This document shows positions 1-14,189 of a DNA stretch of 64,000 bases, in pieces (within the stretch, counting starts at the first letter, position 1; the number at the start of each line of letters is the position of its first letter). The translations under genes were made by a program, and so were the position numbers. Under the pieces are notes generated by a model. It saw only the letters and a list, made by a program, of their open reading frames with translations, searched no databases and had not been told where the DNA came from. Origin of the DNA: Octopus bimaculoides (taxonomy: Eukaryota); NCBI RefSeq assembly GCF_001194135.2, contig NC_068981.1:47335391-47399390 (forward strand). The letters are read 5' to 3'.

Positions 1-41
<41 letters not shown>

Positions 42-115
42 TACATATATATATGTATGTATGTATGTATGTACGTATGTGTGTGTATGTGTGTGTGCCT
101 GTGCGTGCGTGTGTT
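1..115. repeat. Compound (AT)n/(ATGT)n/(GT)n microsatellite
   Basis: Direct reading. Many similar arrays occur across the window, e.g. (TAG)n 7085-7130, (AAG)n 11321-11390, (ATCT)n 29465-29525 and (AAT)n 61325-61455. Confidence 0.95.
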
Positions 116-283
116 TACAGGTTCCAAAAAGCATGGGTATATAAAACATGCCGATACTAAAACATCAAGCTTAACATCGGAGTACATTTGTAAATGTTCC
201 TGCATTTGAAGCTGAGGAAAAATTAAATGAATAAAACAATGAAAACATATGTATAGCAGACGAAATCTTCGTCTTGTACTTAC

Positions 284-378
284 CCAGCGAAGTAATCGCA
301 GACAAAAATATATGGCAAGCTAGTATTAGGACAATATGCTCCTCCACAACCGATGAGTTTTGCATCCCAGTATATTTC
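284..378 (-). CDS. CAP/CRISP-like protein, coding exon 5 (gene continues beyond window start)
   Basis: Acceptor (TTA)17-CAG|, 95 nt, phase 0-2, donor GG|GTAAGT. Encodes EIYWDAKLIGCGGAYCPNTSLPYIFVCDYFA(G), matching the CAP GCG..C...VC(N/D)Y..G signature. Confidence 0.95.
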
Positions 379-380
379 CT

Positions 381-381
<1 letters not shown>

Positions 382-432
<51 letters not shown>
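382..432. repeat. (TAA)17 microsatellite abutting the exon-5 acceptor
   Basis: Perfect run, counted directly. Confidence 0.95.
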
Positions 433-433
<1 letters not shown>

Positions 434-2256
434 GAATTCATGGCGAAATAACTTGGACGTAAGCTACGTAGTTCTTACCACAAAATGAACTTAATAGAAC
501 AAATATCAACGCATTGGTAGGAAAACTTCGCCATGCAACTACGGGAAAAGATAATTTAAAGCAGGGTAACAAAGCATTCAAAAATTATAGTTTTATAAAT
601 CATAGTTTCTTTCTCTTACCCAAGTTGTCTCAATGTAACATGTGTAAAAAGTCGAAACCAACGTCTTATAATAATACTGCTTGACATTGCGTTACTTAGC
701 CCGTCGGAAACGCTTTCACGTGATTAGAGAAAAAGGCGGATAAAGAAAAGAGGGAGTGAGAAAAAGAGGAGGTAGAAAAACTGGGGAGTAAGAAAAAAGG
801 AGGGAGTAGCGTCCATGGCATGAGGTAAAGGGAATGACTTTGTATTGATTGCATTGTATTAGTTAAAGGGAAAAGGAGGAGAATGAAAGGTAGAGAGTAA
901 AAAAGGATAAGGCGAAGAGTGAAAAAGAAACAGGGGAAAGAAAAAAGACAGGAAAAAAAACGGAGAGTGAAAACGAGAGAAAGAAACGACCCTGACATGA
1001 AGTAGGGGGAACGTAATAATTTTAGTAGATTCTGATGGTGAGGTTAAAAACAAAGTGCGAAGGGGAAGAGAGTGAAGAGGGAGCGAAAGAGAAGTGGTGG
1101 TTGAGGGAGACAGAGGGTGGTAGAGAGAGATAATGATGATGGTGATGGTGGTGTTGGAGGTGATTAAATAGTGAAACGTGTTTAATTTCTTTACATCACC
1201 TATCACTTATCGCATGCACATAAGTGCAATTGCGTGAAATATTCGCGCTTATCTCCATCGCAGATATATGAAACGTAGCTAATGGTTGTATTTTCTGTAG
1301 GGGTATTTTTTTAATTTCTTTATGAGAATGATAGAAAAATAAAAGTGAATATTTATGTAATGAGTGCTGTGTATTAAGTCTATAAAATTGTACATCCAGT
1401 ATATAAAGTGTATATATAAAGCGCATTAAGTAATCATCGTATTCCAAGTACTTTCACTTTTCACTGATTAGCAGATGGGCGAATAACTTTCCATACAGAA
1501 ACAACACAGGATATGTATTCAGTTTTTTTTTTGGATAAAGTTTTAAGAAATAACCCGATAGGTTTACTATTAATGTCATGAAATATTCACGATTCCCGCT
1601 AGTGTAAATTAATTTAGTACTAATAAATGCAACTGTTTATGCATACATGTACACATTTTAAAATTTATAAGAAACATAAATAATGTGTACACAACACATA
1701 AACACGAACTGTACCCCATCCAGCCTAAAAATACATGTCACGAGCGAAACAAAACAAAAACAAAAACATACAATTTCTCCCGAACGAACACAAAGTGTTT
1801 CAAATTAATCAGTCTGTAACACACTACAAAACAGTAGTACTAATAAAACTAATAAAATGAAAAGGCGAATGTTATACTTTTATAAGCCTCATGAGATTAT
1901 GACATGAAAAGCTTATCCATTCGAAGAAATCAGAAGCGGTGTTGTGTTAAACATTTTAACACTGAACAAAATAAATGCCTGATCAGTTATCGCCCGGGAC
2001 AACACGGGCTGATACTTGAAAAAAAGTAGGCTGCAATCTATCAAACAGAAAGGGTGCCGGAAATGTAGCCGGGAAACGAAGGATCAACTCTTGATTGATA
2101 ATCTAATTATCAGGAACTGCAAGAGAAGATACACGCAAAAATAATAATAATGATAATAATAATAATAATAATAATAACGGCAGCTCCCCATTATGTCGTA
2201 TATGCCAACAACAAAATGAGACCATCGANNNNNNNNNNATAATAATGATAATAATG

Positions 2257-2330
<74 letters not shown>

Positions 2331-2334
2331 CGAT

Positions 2335-3830
2335 TAACAGCTGGAAACATTACTACAGACAGTAAATGGATTTACAAAAGAAATAGATATGAAATTTGGA
2401 TTTGAAAAATGTGCCAAAGCAACCCTGAAAAGATGAAAATTAGTTAAGAGTATCAACATCACACTGGATAAAGCCAATTAAATAAGAGAATGAGACGAAA
2501 GCCAGCCATACAAATATTTAGGGATCAATGAACTAGATAGGATACAACACACACAAATAAAGAAAGAGTACTATAGACGAGTTAGATCAATACTGAAAAG
2601 AGAGCTCAATGCTAAAAACAAGATAATAGGTATTAACACTTTAGCCGTCCTAGTTATAAGTTACAGCTACAATATCCTTAACTGGACACTAAATGAACTA
2701 TCTAAAATAGACAGGAAAACAAGAAAAAGAATGACAGGATCTAGGATGCACCACCCAAAATCTGACATAGAATGGCTATATATACAAGGTACAGAAGGTG
2801 GTAGGGGTCTTATACAACTGGAAAACTATTATAAAATAACCAGCATAGGACTGCAAAAATACCTACTTCAGAAGCAAGGAAAACTAATACAAATAGCCAC
2901 AAAACACGAGNNNNNNNNNNNNNNNNNNNNNNNNNNNNNNNNNNNNNNNNNNNNNNNNNNNNNNNNNNNNNNNNNNNNNNNNNNNNNNNNNNNNNNNNNN
3001 NNNNNNNNNNNNNNNNNNNNNNNNNNNNNNNNNNNNNNNNNNNNNNNNNNNNNNNNNNNNNNNNNNNNNNNNNNNNNNNNNNNNNNNNNNNNNNNNNNNN
3101 NNNNNNNNNNNNNNNNNNNNNNNNNNNNNNNNNNNNNNNNNNNNNNNNNNNNNNNNNNNNNNNNNNNNNNNNNNNNNNNNNNNNNNNNNNNNNNNNNNNN
3201 NNNNNNNNNNNNNNNNNNNNNNNNNNNNNNNNNNNNNNNNNNNNNNNNNNNNNNNNNNNNNNNNNNNNNNNNNNNNNNNNNNNNNNNNNNNNNNNNNNNN
3301 NNNNNNNNNNNNNNNNNNNNNNNNNNNNNNNNNNNNNNNNNNNNNNNNNNNNNNNNNNATGATAAAACGATGGCAAGAAAAGCCCCTACACGGTAAATAC
3401 TGGGCTAAACTAAATGCGAAAGAAATAGACAGAGAAAAATCCCAGCAATGGTTGAGAAGCTCAGGCCACAAAGCAGAGAATGAAGGATTTTTAATTGCTG
3501 CACAAGACCAACACCTCCCCACCAGAAATTACCTAAAACATATAATGAAAATAAACATAACAAGTAACTGCAGAATATGTGGGAACCTTTTCAAGACGCA
3601 ACGAAAATTTTAGGAAAATAAAAATAAGAAATATGTGGAAATTTTACCGGTGAGTGTGTTAAATTTTAAGGCGAAATAAGAAAATGACTCTCCCCAGACA
3701 CAATAGAATAGTTATTATAAAAAAAGAGGAAGTCAGAAACATCTACAGACATATTCAAAAGATTGTGCTAACAAGTACTGCCCACATCTTTAGAAAACCT
3801 CTTTCCCTTTAAGGGTCTCTATTGTATCAC
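2335..3830 (+). mobile_element. R4/Dong-like non-LTR retrotransposon fragment (RT thumb, CCHC, REL end), with gap
   Basis: Degenerate translation includes YKYLGINE, KNKIIGINTLAV, MHHPKSD..LY...EGGRGLIQLE, WQEKPLHG, LIAAQDQHLPTRNY and CRICG. Directly preceded by an (AAT)n run. Confidence 0.85.
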
Positions 3831-4305
3831 ATGAATATATTTCACTACTGCCCCTGCCACCTCCCTTCTCCAAACATTCACTCATTCTGTAACAAGTTTT
3901 AACCCTCATTCACCCTAGGAAGCTAGGCATGTCTCGGTAAGTAATTGTAATAAACATGCAGGTTAAAAGTATAAAGTTAAAGTACTTAAACCTATTTAAA
4001 AATCACACCATGCTTACCATCCCTACAGGAAGTGCAAAAAAATGGTGTTAACTGGAACGACGCATGTACTGAGAAGAGAATTATCGCTGTGAAAACAACA
4101 TCCATTCATGAATTTATTCATCAATTATTTTTTTTTGTTTCTTTAGATACATATTTTACCTGTGAATTTGCGTGTGTAAACTGGGAATGCATACAATGAG
4201 TTTTTCCGCCCTAAGTGTACGGAAAACACACGGCGAGAAACGGAAGAAAATTTGAAGAAGAAAAAAAACAACAACAACAACCTAATAATAATAATAACAA
4301 TAATG

Positions 4306-4346
<41 letters not shown>

Positions 4347-4362
4347 CATAATGATAATAATG

Positions 4363-4419
<57 letters not shown>

Positions 4420-4429
4420 GTAACTGTAG

Positions 4430-5061
4430 CAGCGGAAGATCTAGCGATAAAAAAAAAACAACTTGAGACAGAATATATAGAGAGTGAATATGTCAGAAAA
4501 GAGTAGAGCCTCTGGGACATGAAACGCGAAAGTGGCAAACTTCGTGGAAGAATTCTCCAAGTTGGCACAGGAAGAATATACACAATGGAAGCACGACCCG
4601 GTTGTAAAATGTTTACACTGGAAATTGTGCCAGATGTAAAGACCTGAAGCTGGAGACTCATGCCACAATCATCAAGTCCAAAGAATGCTAGAGTCAGAGA
4701 AATGCATGATTTGGTGGGACTTTCCTATTCAAACGGACAAATGTTTGAAAATAATAGACCAAATACAATCATACATAAAGAAAAGCGATGTTGCTTCCTA
4801 ATCGACAAGTTATGCCTGTCTGATTCTAGAATCGTAAAAAAAGATGGATTAAGACGAAGTCCCATAAAATATGAAATTGGAAGAATTTGCAGCTTGCGAA
4901 CAGCAAAGATCATGTGTATAATAATTTCTGTGTTGGGAACTGTAAGCCAAGTTATAGACAGATGGAGGAAGGAGATTGAAATACAATGCCCGGTAGCGCT
5001 CGGACAGAAAGTTCATCTCTTAGAGACAGCACGGATTATCAAGAAGGTTGTAAGCACTTGA
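4430..5061 (+). mobile_element. R4/Dong-like LINE 3' fragment (REL endonuclease)
   Basis: WWDFPIQTDK and KYEIGRICSLRTAKIMCIIISVLGTVS...LGQKVHLLETARIIKKV. Flanked on both sides by (AAT)n runs (4278-4420, 5120-5220). Confidence 0.8.
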
Positions 5062-5120
5062 AAGCATGCCGAAAATGTGAATCCTGCCAGAAAAAGACCG
5101 AACCTGAGATTTGCTTCTAT

Positions 5121-5885
<765 letters not shown>

Positions 5886-6269
5886 GTAATGATAAGGGAA
5901 ACCTTGCAAGTGTCAGTTAGGGATGGTGGCATATCGAAAGCAAGAGAAAATTTAAAAAAAAGAAGTATAAAAAGGGCATGAAGAAGGAATACGAAACAAG
6001 GGAGTAGAGAATTAATTCCATGATGCCTCAACTGAAGTAGCTGGAAAACGTAGGTGGAATTAATTGAAAAAAGTAGCTCTGATGAAGAGACCGTGAGCAC
6101 CATAGTAGTAGCGAAATACCAAGATTTGGTCACGAACTAGAGTATCAACCTTGTAAATGAGTAAATGTCTCCATTGTTCCGCATCTATAATAGTGTAAAC
6201 AAAATCATACCCATATCGTGAATGAATGTCCGGGACTTATAAGCTGTTAAGACCCGATGAAATATCGAA

Positions 6270-6750
6270 AGTGCTACGTTGGAAATTATGCGAAATGTCT
6301 GGTTTGAGAGCGATTCAAGACGTGGTATGAGCACAAAGCCTACGGTTTTGCAGAGTAGGCCACCTGCAAAATCCTATGGTATTTTTATCCAAACAGATCA
6401 GATGCTAGATTATAAGAAGCCGGGCCTTGTGGTGATGGACAACGTGTATCACACGTTTTCTATAATTTATGTTGCGTTCTCTTTGACCCACGAAAAGTCA
6501 AGAATGAAGACAAAAAGTTGACACATACAATCTTCTTAACTCCGAAATAGCCGGGATATTGAAAAGGAACAAGGTGAAGACACTGTCGATCATGGTAAGG
6601 TCCTTTGGGATAGTATCAGATGGCATCAAGAGGAATATAAAGGAAATCTGAATAGAGTGCCCAGTAGAACTGTTACAAAAGCTTTTGCGTCTTTGACTCA
6701 GCCAAAATAATCAGGATAGTGTTAGATACAGAATTAAACAAACAGCATGG
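6270..6750 (+). mobile_element. R4/Dong-like LINE 3' fragment (REL)
   Basis: FIQTDQMLDYKKPGLVVMD and IECPVELLQK are degenerate REL-domain motifs. Confidence 0.7.
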
Positions 6751-6839
6751 TACCATTTGTTGCAGGCAGCAAGTCTGCTATGAATGCAAGAATTCCAGTG
6801 AAACCCGAGGAAAAGAGAAAATGAACATCAACTTAAACA

Positions 6840-7055
6840 CACCATTCTTCTATAGGCACAAGGCCTGAGATTTGTTTATGGGGATGGTCGATTACATTGT
6901 CACCAGTGCTCAACTTGTACTTGTGTCATCGATCCTGGAAGGATAAAAGGCAAAGTCGACTTCGGCGAAATTTCAACTCGGAATGTAGAGACAGGTGAGA
7001 TACCGATAATCATTTCGTCCAGAGTGCTAATGCTTGTACCAGCTCGTCGCCCTCA
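6840..7055 (-). mobile_element. tRNA-derived SINE family A
   Basis: The reverse complement matches the 36680-36890 copy (GAGTTGAAATTTCGCCGAAGTCGACTTTGCCTTTTATCC). Confidence 0.75.
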
Positions 7056-7084
7056 ACAACATTAATTACAATAACAATAAGAAT

Positions 7085-7129
<45 letters not shown>

Positions 7130-7249
7130 ACAACTGGAGAGACAACATTAATATGAATAAAAAACAATAGCAATAATCATCAAGAAATAGAAAAGAAAGG
7201 AAAACACATAAGGGTAGAAAATATTACATTTCATGTTCAAATGTGACTT

Positions 7250-7531
7250 ATCTCTTTACTTGTTTCAGTCATTTGACTGTGGCCATGCTGGAGCACCGCC
7301 TTTAGTCGAGCAAAGTGACCCCAGGGCTTATTCTTTGTAAGCCTAGTACTTATTCTATCGATCACTTTTGCCGAACCGCGAAGTTACGGGGACGTTAACA
7401 CGCCAGCATCGGTTGCCAAGCGTTGTTGCTGGGACAAACACAGACACACATACACACACACACACACACACACANNNNNNNNNNNNNNNNNNNNNNNNNN
7501 NNNNNNNNNNNNNNNNNNNNNNNNNNNNNNN

Positions 7532-7563
<32 letters not shown>

Positions 7564-7720
7564 GACGGGCTTCTTTCAGTTTCCGTCTATCAAATCTACT
7601 AACAAGGCTTTGGTCGGCCCGAGGCTATGGCAGAAGACATTTGCCCAAGGTGCCACGCAGTTGGACTGAACCCGGAGCCATGTGGTTGGTGACTAAGCTA
7701 CTTACCTCACAGCCACAGAA
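7250..7720 (-). mobile_element. tRNA-derived SINE family B with internal (TA)n/(TG)n
   Basis: Head GTGGCTGTG..GTAAGTAGC..CCACATGGCTCCGGGTTCAGTCC..GGCACCTTGGGCAAATGTCTTCT and tail AAAGGCGGTGCTCCAGCATGGCC. Homologous to 32100-32492. Confidence 0.85.
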
Positions 7721-8070
7721 TATTTTATTTCATGACCGTACATAAGTAATTAGTAAGTTCGCTGAATATTTTTAACATACAATCACGTTGTAAATCTGAA
7801 CGTTTAGGATGAATAGATATTCTTATTTCTAGAATAATATTTTGGGAATAGATTGTTGTTTTCTCTATCAGAGACAAATTGTAATGCAATATTATTCATT
7901 TTTCGTTTCTATCGTTTGCTGAGACTGAATTGACACAGTAACATTTTTTTTTTATAACTTACTGGTATGTTTACTAAAATCTGTTAGATAACATGGAAAG
8001 TTTCAATAATTTTTGTTGTAAAGGAAAATATGGAGAGAAAATTAATAACAAAACACAATATCAGAATTAC

Positions 8071-8210
8071 CTGAGTATAATGTCCAACCATTGCCTGCGT
8101 GTTTACTCCAAATGTGTAATCCTTAATCTCACTATGCCAACTTGTGACTGTCTTGTTCCATGAAGCTTTAAAGGTTGCACCCAGCACATTCTGTCCAACT
8201 CCAGCATACC
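8071..8210 (-). CDS. CAP/CRISP-like protein, coding exon 4
   Basis: Acceptor TTCTTCTCTTATTAAG|, 140 nt, phase 1-0, donor CAG|GTAATT. Encodes (G)YAGVGQNVLGATFKASWNKTVTSWHSEIKDYTFGVNTQAMVGHYTQ, with the GQN, WxxE and GHYTQ CAP motifs. Confidence 0.96.
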
Positions 8211-8859
8211 CTTAATAAGAGAAGAATAAGTTAACTTATATTGTATTATATTTGGTATGCAGTTAAATATAAAACAATTCCTTAAACATTAGTGATTATT
8301 GTGAACAATATATATTGAAGAAACATTCTCAAGTGCCAATGAAAATGCATAATTATGTTATTTAGATGAACATTGAATGCTGCAACGTGAATAATGATTT
8401 ATCAGCGATTAGATGTTAGGGATATCTTTACACACAACAAAAGAGACGAAGTTGTGTAACGCGTTTACACAATTGCAAAATAAATTTTTATTTTATAAAA
8501 AGGTATATGTGTTTGAAATATGTAAAGTAAAAATGCATCGACGACAATGATCTTTCATTTACATCTGTTTTTCATATTATCTTCCTTTACCTGTGTATGT
8601 ATGCATATCGTTACTCAGTTTTATTTCAATATTTCTCGCCCACGGAGAAAAGCTGCTTTCCAACCTACATCGAAGTGTCCTGCAGTGGAATTTCCTCATC
8701 AACAACAGGGTATTTTTGTATATATTTATGTACGTACGTATGTATATATATATAAATATATATATATGGAAGTATGTCTGCATATATTTATGTATATATG
8801 CAGATTTGTACGTTTAGTTTTATGTACGTATTCTCATGCATATACTTGCATATCTAGAC

Positions 8860-10150
8860 ATGCTCATATATATTGAAATGATAAGTTTCTGGAAAATGTT
8901 ACAGATTTCTACAGTCCCAGTGATGGATTTGATCTGTAGTATTCGAATTAGCTTTCTCCTGTCTAGTTTTAAGAAGCCTAATTTCTCAAGATTTGTATTT
9001 AGGCAGTGCATTACATATCCAAGGGCCCCAATAATTAACGATATAGCTGCAGAGTTCTCAATAATTCAGCATAGGTATTGTCTTTTTCACTGATCTTCAG
9101 TTAACATCTGCTGGGCACCTAATTTTCAAAACTGTACACAGTTTGTCTTCTCTATTCCATCATTATATCAGGTCTGTTGAGCTTACATTTTATTGAGGTC
9201 ACTGGGACAATCCACTCGTACTCTTTTTTATCATGAGTGGTAATGGCTCCTACCATGCTGTGGGTTCTTATTTCTTTATCCTCGGGGTTATCCTTCCGAT
9301 GGATTTCATTATAGAGTGTTCAAACTACATCATGTCACATCAGTAGATAATAACGTGATGACATTTTCTGAAAACTGCTTATGTTGTGGATTATATCCTC
9401 AGTGTTGACTACACGAATTCTTCATCGGTTATCACGTTTTTCTGCATTTGCTGCATCTCTGTCGCTTTTGTGCATCAGGTATTTGGTTGATATATCCTGT
9501 TTCAGGATTGCAAACGATTACCCTTCAAATTGGGAGGCATCTATCTAGTCATTGATCCATGTTAGCTTGCTTTAATGATAAATCTTACCATCATCTTTCT
9601 TCTAACATGTCTATGCATAGTCTTCTGCTCATATATGCTCATCCTTTCCTCATCCTTTCCTCTATAGTCGTGCGGCTTCTTTGGGCATGTATTTAAGGTT
9701 ATCAGGCCAGAAATGTTGCTCTAGGAGCTACCGTCTAAGTCATATGGTGTTATCAGCCTCGTGTATTCAAACTTGGTCAGAGGATTCACTTAGATAATTC
9801 GTGGGTAATAGATGCTGCCAAAGGAATATGAAACGACATTCAAAGTTAGTTCGGGGTGATGTTAAGCCACTACTGCCTGTGTTACTTTTATGTGGAAATC
9901 ATGTGTGCTTCTTAGTATTTTCCCGGTTATCACATCAATGACTCGGATCTCATCAGGCGCCCAAGCAAGTAGCCCAAGTGTTGGCATAAGTACTGGCATT
10001 TCAAACACAATGTGGCCACTGTTTATTTAGAACAGATCCAAATACTGAGATCCAACTTTTCTTCATTTTTGACACGAGTTGTTTTACAGGGGCCATTATA
10101 AGATATGTTTTCCTCTACTCCTAGATAACTATAGCATACTTCGTCAGAGT
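8860..10150 (-). mobile_element. R4/Dong-like LINE fragment (thumb to REL end)
   Basis: Minus-strand YSYLGVEENISYNGP, CKLNRPDIM, KISEKDNTYAELLR and RKLIRILQIKSITGTVEIC. Confidence 0.75.
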
Positions 10151-10194
10151 ATGTATGCATGTATGTATATAGATATTTATATATAAAGCACCCT

Positions 10195-11275
10195 GGCACG
10201 TCCAGCAATACAATACGGTTTTAATATCATTAACTTGAATGTTACAGAGCTCCAACTCTTGGACAGGAAGACAAGAAAACAACTAACATTTAAGAAGCAG
10301 ACGTTGATCGTCTGTACCTAAATAGAAGTAATGGAGGAAGAGGAATAATACAGGTGGAACTCTGATATGGAACCTCCACTATAGCATAGAACACATACTT
10401 ATCAGAGCTAAATCACCTAATATATGTGGCAGCCACTGAAGCCACAACAGAAGCAGGATACTCCCTCAAACCCATCTGAACAGGAGTTCCACCACCCAAA
10501 CAGACATTGTGGATAAATAATATCCAAAACAAAATTAAAAAAAAAAGAGAAATGATCTATCGATTCTCAATGAAATTAGTAGATAATCACACAACTAAGT
10601 AACAAGAAGAAAACAAAAATACTGTATAAATACATTACAGAAAAAAGATTTACATGAGGCAAAAGATAAACTAAAGCAAGATATACTTGCCAAAGCACAA
10701 AGGATCCGCCGGTATGAGAAATGCCAAAGTTTCTTTGAACAAAACAAATAATTCAAATGCAACCCCCGAAAATTCTACCAAGAACTGGGTAAAAATAACA
10801 TAGACATTACTGTAGAACCAACAACAGAATATGTGGAAGAATTTTAGAAAAAAATATTGTCGGTGAAGCAACAACCTCAAAAAGGGACCATTAAAACAAC
10901 GAACTTAGCACCTGAGCAATTCTAGACCCCTATAACAACTTAAGTGGTTACCCAGGCACTGGAAAGACTAAGCAACATGAAGGCACCTGGGCACGACAGG
11001 ACCCCCAACTTCTGGTTAAAATACCTGACAGGAATGCACAAAAATCTGGATGAGAAGTTTAACAACATACTAGCTGAGCCAGAGACAATGCCTGAATGCC
11101 TCACGAAAGGGAAAACCATCTTAATTCCCTTATCCATGGAAACGAAGAAGCCACAAAACTACAGACCTATAACCGGTCCCCCTACAATCTACAAAGCCTT
11201 TTCTGCAATAATAACGCAGAGTTTGAGTACGCGCCTAGAAAATAACAACCTGTTCCCATAACAGCAGTATTTAAG
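10195..11275 (+). mobile_element. R4/Dong-like LINE composite (thumb fragment fused to pre-RT/RT N-terminal fragment)
   Basis: LDRKTRKQLT..NGGRGIIQ (10195-10360), then KLKQDILAKAQRIRRYEK and SNMKAPGHD..NFWLK..KGKTILIP..NYRPIT. Confidence 0.85.
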
Positions 11276-11811
11276 GAAACTGACAAATACGAACAAGAAA
11301 TCATACTACCTAACAAATACGAAGAAGAAGAAGAAGAAGAAGAAGAAGAAGAAGAAGAAGAAGAAGAAGAAGAAGAAGAAGAAGAAGAAGNNNNNNNNNN
11401 NNNNNNNNNNNNNNNNNNNNNNNNNNNNNNNNNNNNNNNNNNNNNNNNNNNNNNNNNNNNNNNNNNNNNNNNNNNNNNNNNNNNNNNNNNNNNNNNNNNN
11501 NNNNNNNNNNNNNNNNNNNNNNNNNNNNNNNNNNNNNNNNNNNNNNNNNNNNNNNNNNNNNNNNNNNNNNNNNNNNNNNNNNNNNNNNNNNNNNNNNNNN
11601 NNNNNNNNNNNNNNNNNNNNNNNNNNNNNNNNNNNNNNNNNNNNNNNNNNNNNNNNNNNNNNNNNNNNNNNNNNNNNNNNNNNNNNNNNNNNNNNNNNNN
11701 NNNNNNNNNNNNNNNNNNNNNNNNNNNNNNNNNNNNNNNNNNNNNNNNNNNNNNNNNNNNNNNNNNNNNNNNNNNNNNNNNNNNNNNNNNNNNNNNNNNN
11801 NNNNNNNNNNN

Positions 11812-12350
11812 AAAAAAAGATGGTATAAACACACGCCAGAAAAGGTAACAGAAAACGAGAAACAACCATAATCTGAGATATGCCAATACACACAGATAGA
11901 GAAATTAAGGCAATTAGACCAGATATAGTTGTCAAAGATCAGGAAGGAAAAATGATTTCTAATTGATGTACCAATAACAGCAGATGGCAACGTTTCCCTA
12001 AAAGAAATGGAGAAACTTTCAAAATACAAAGATCTGGGAATAGAGGTAACTCGAATGTTGAATNNNNNNNNNNCGTTTCCCTAAAAGAAATGGAGAAACT
12101 TTCAAAATACAAAGATCTGGGAATAGAGGTAACTCGAATGTTGAATCTAAAAACAGAAACAATTCCTATCATAGCAGGTGCCGGACTTACAAATATATAT
12201 AACATACAGGAAATTGTACTACTGGGCACTGCACAGATCCTACGCAAAACATTTTCAATACAGTAACCATAAGAGCATCACAGCAAACCACAGCACATAC
12301 TCAAGCACACAGAGCTGCGCTCGGTAGTGAAGTGAAAGTACGTTATAAAA
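11812..12350 (+). mobile_element. R4/Dong-like LINE 3' end (REL) with 3' UTR
   Basis: RWYKHTPEKVTENEK, IHTDREIKAIRPDIVVKD and KEMEKLSKYKDL. Ends in an AAT-rich tail. Confidence 0.85.
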
Positions 12351-12419
12351 ATATATCTACTGAATTATAATGATAATAATAAAAATGCACAGTAGGATTA
12401 CGTGATATTTGATAAAAAT

Positions 12420-14150
12420 ATAAATGATCTAATTTACATGGATGATGTAAAGTTCTTTGCAAAAAAAAGACCAAAAGCTCAGGGGTATACTAGCGATTGT
12501 TAAACAATTCAGTGATGACATCACGATGCAACTTGGCCGAGATAAATGTGAAAATGCAACATTCATCAAAGGAAAAATGACACAAACATCTAACGTTAAC
12601 CTTGACCAGCAGAATGTCATAAAATAGTTAGAACCAGCGGAGAGCTACACATACCTAGGAGTAATTGAAGTGGACGGAATAAGACATTCAATGATCGGGG
12701 AATAGATCAGAGGAGAATTATTATCCCAAGGTAAGGGCAATACTCAAGACAGAGCTGAATGCAAGAGACAAGATCGAAGCGATCAATATTTTACGTATAC
12801 CAGACGTGACTTACAGTTTCAATATCATTAACTGGTCAAATACTGATATATGTAATCTTGACTGAAAAATGCGCAAACTGTTGACAATGCATAGAAATGC
12901 ACCACACTAAGGCAGATATAAAACGACTTTACCTGCCAAGAAAAGTGAGTAGCCGTGGACTTTTACAACTGGCATTAATAATGAAGATTGCCACAATTGG
13001 CCTAGACACCTACCTGAAAATCTTTGAGAACTGGATGTTAAAATTTGTCTTAACACATCAACACAAGAAAGTATCATAAACAGTGACAACACAGGCAAAG
13101 GATTATCTAAGTGAATTCCAAATACAACAAATTCCAGAATTATGTATACTAGAAACAAGCACAGTAAAAGCTATGCGTATTAAAACCCTTGCTTAAAATG
13201 CTGCCTTATATATTCTATCTGATAAATGACAAGGGAAATCTCTCAAAGGCAAATACCCAAAGAGAGCGAATAATGCCGATGTTGACGAAACCCTTACCCA
13301 TCAATGGCTAATGCCTTCTGGATAAAATTCTGAAACAGAAGGCTTTATCATAGCAGCCCAAGATCAATGCCTACCTACATGGAACTACCAGGCCAACATA
13401 TTAAAGAACGGCGGCTTTCCAACATGTCATGTATGTCAACAACAAAATGAAACCATTGATCATGTTGTCTCCATGTGCTGTCTTGTTGTGCCTAGAGAGT
13501 ATCTCAACAGGAATGATAGATCTTCACAATATATTCACTGGGTAATTGGCCAAAACCTGGACTTACCCCATGATAAAAACTGATGGGAACACAAACCCCC
13601 TCCAGTGTTTGGAAATGATCACATTTCACTGTTCTGGAACTTCACCATTCAAACTGACAGAAAAATAAATGTAAATAGGCCAGACATCATATTGAAAGAC
13701 TTCAGACTAAAATCCTGCCTCCTCATTGATATGATTGTCCCAATCGATATAAAGGTATCTATGAAGACCTATCAAAACTGAGCAAGTATAAAGATCTTAA
13801 AATAGAAATTAACAAAATATGGAACCTGAAGTCTAAAACAATACCTGTTGTCATAGGTGCCCTAGGAATGATAGAAAAAGGGACTGATTCCGATCTAGCT
13901 CAGATACCAGGAAACCCCAAAATGGCAGAAATGAAAAGACTATGCAAAATATTTTCTATGCAATCTCAAAGTTTAAAACAATGACAATTTTATTATGGTT
14001 TCTTAAACATTCTCTCAAACAACACTATGTACAAAAACAAATATATAGCACCCTATGCATAACACCAACATGAACTTCCAACTTGTTGTCTCTTGAAGTC
14101 TGTGGGTGAGACTTGGAGCCAATTTGTACAGATGCAAATGCAAAGCAAAT
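12420..14150 (+). mobile_element. R4/Dong-like LINE 3' half (RT YMDD, thumb, CCHC, REL)
   Basis: LIYMDDVK at 12429-12452, MHHTKADIKRLYLPRK, FIIAAQDQCLPT, CHVCQQQNETIDHVVSMC and NRPDIILKD. Confidence 0.9.
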
Positions 14151-14189
14151 GGCAAACATATAATAATAATAAAAACAACAACAACAGGA

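Noticed and set aside
696-1206. Phe/Leu/Ser-rich ORFs in a purine-rich block (also 60126-60410)
   Set aside because: Low-complexity strand asymmetry, with no motif or splice support.
1990-2020. CCCGGGACAACACGGG hairpin resembling a Helitron 3' end
   Set aside because: No CTRR terminus and no matching 5' end.
11993-12144. Direct duplication across a 10-N gap (also 53150-53270)
   Set aside because: Identical sequence either side of a minimal gap is typical of unmerged contig overlap.
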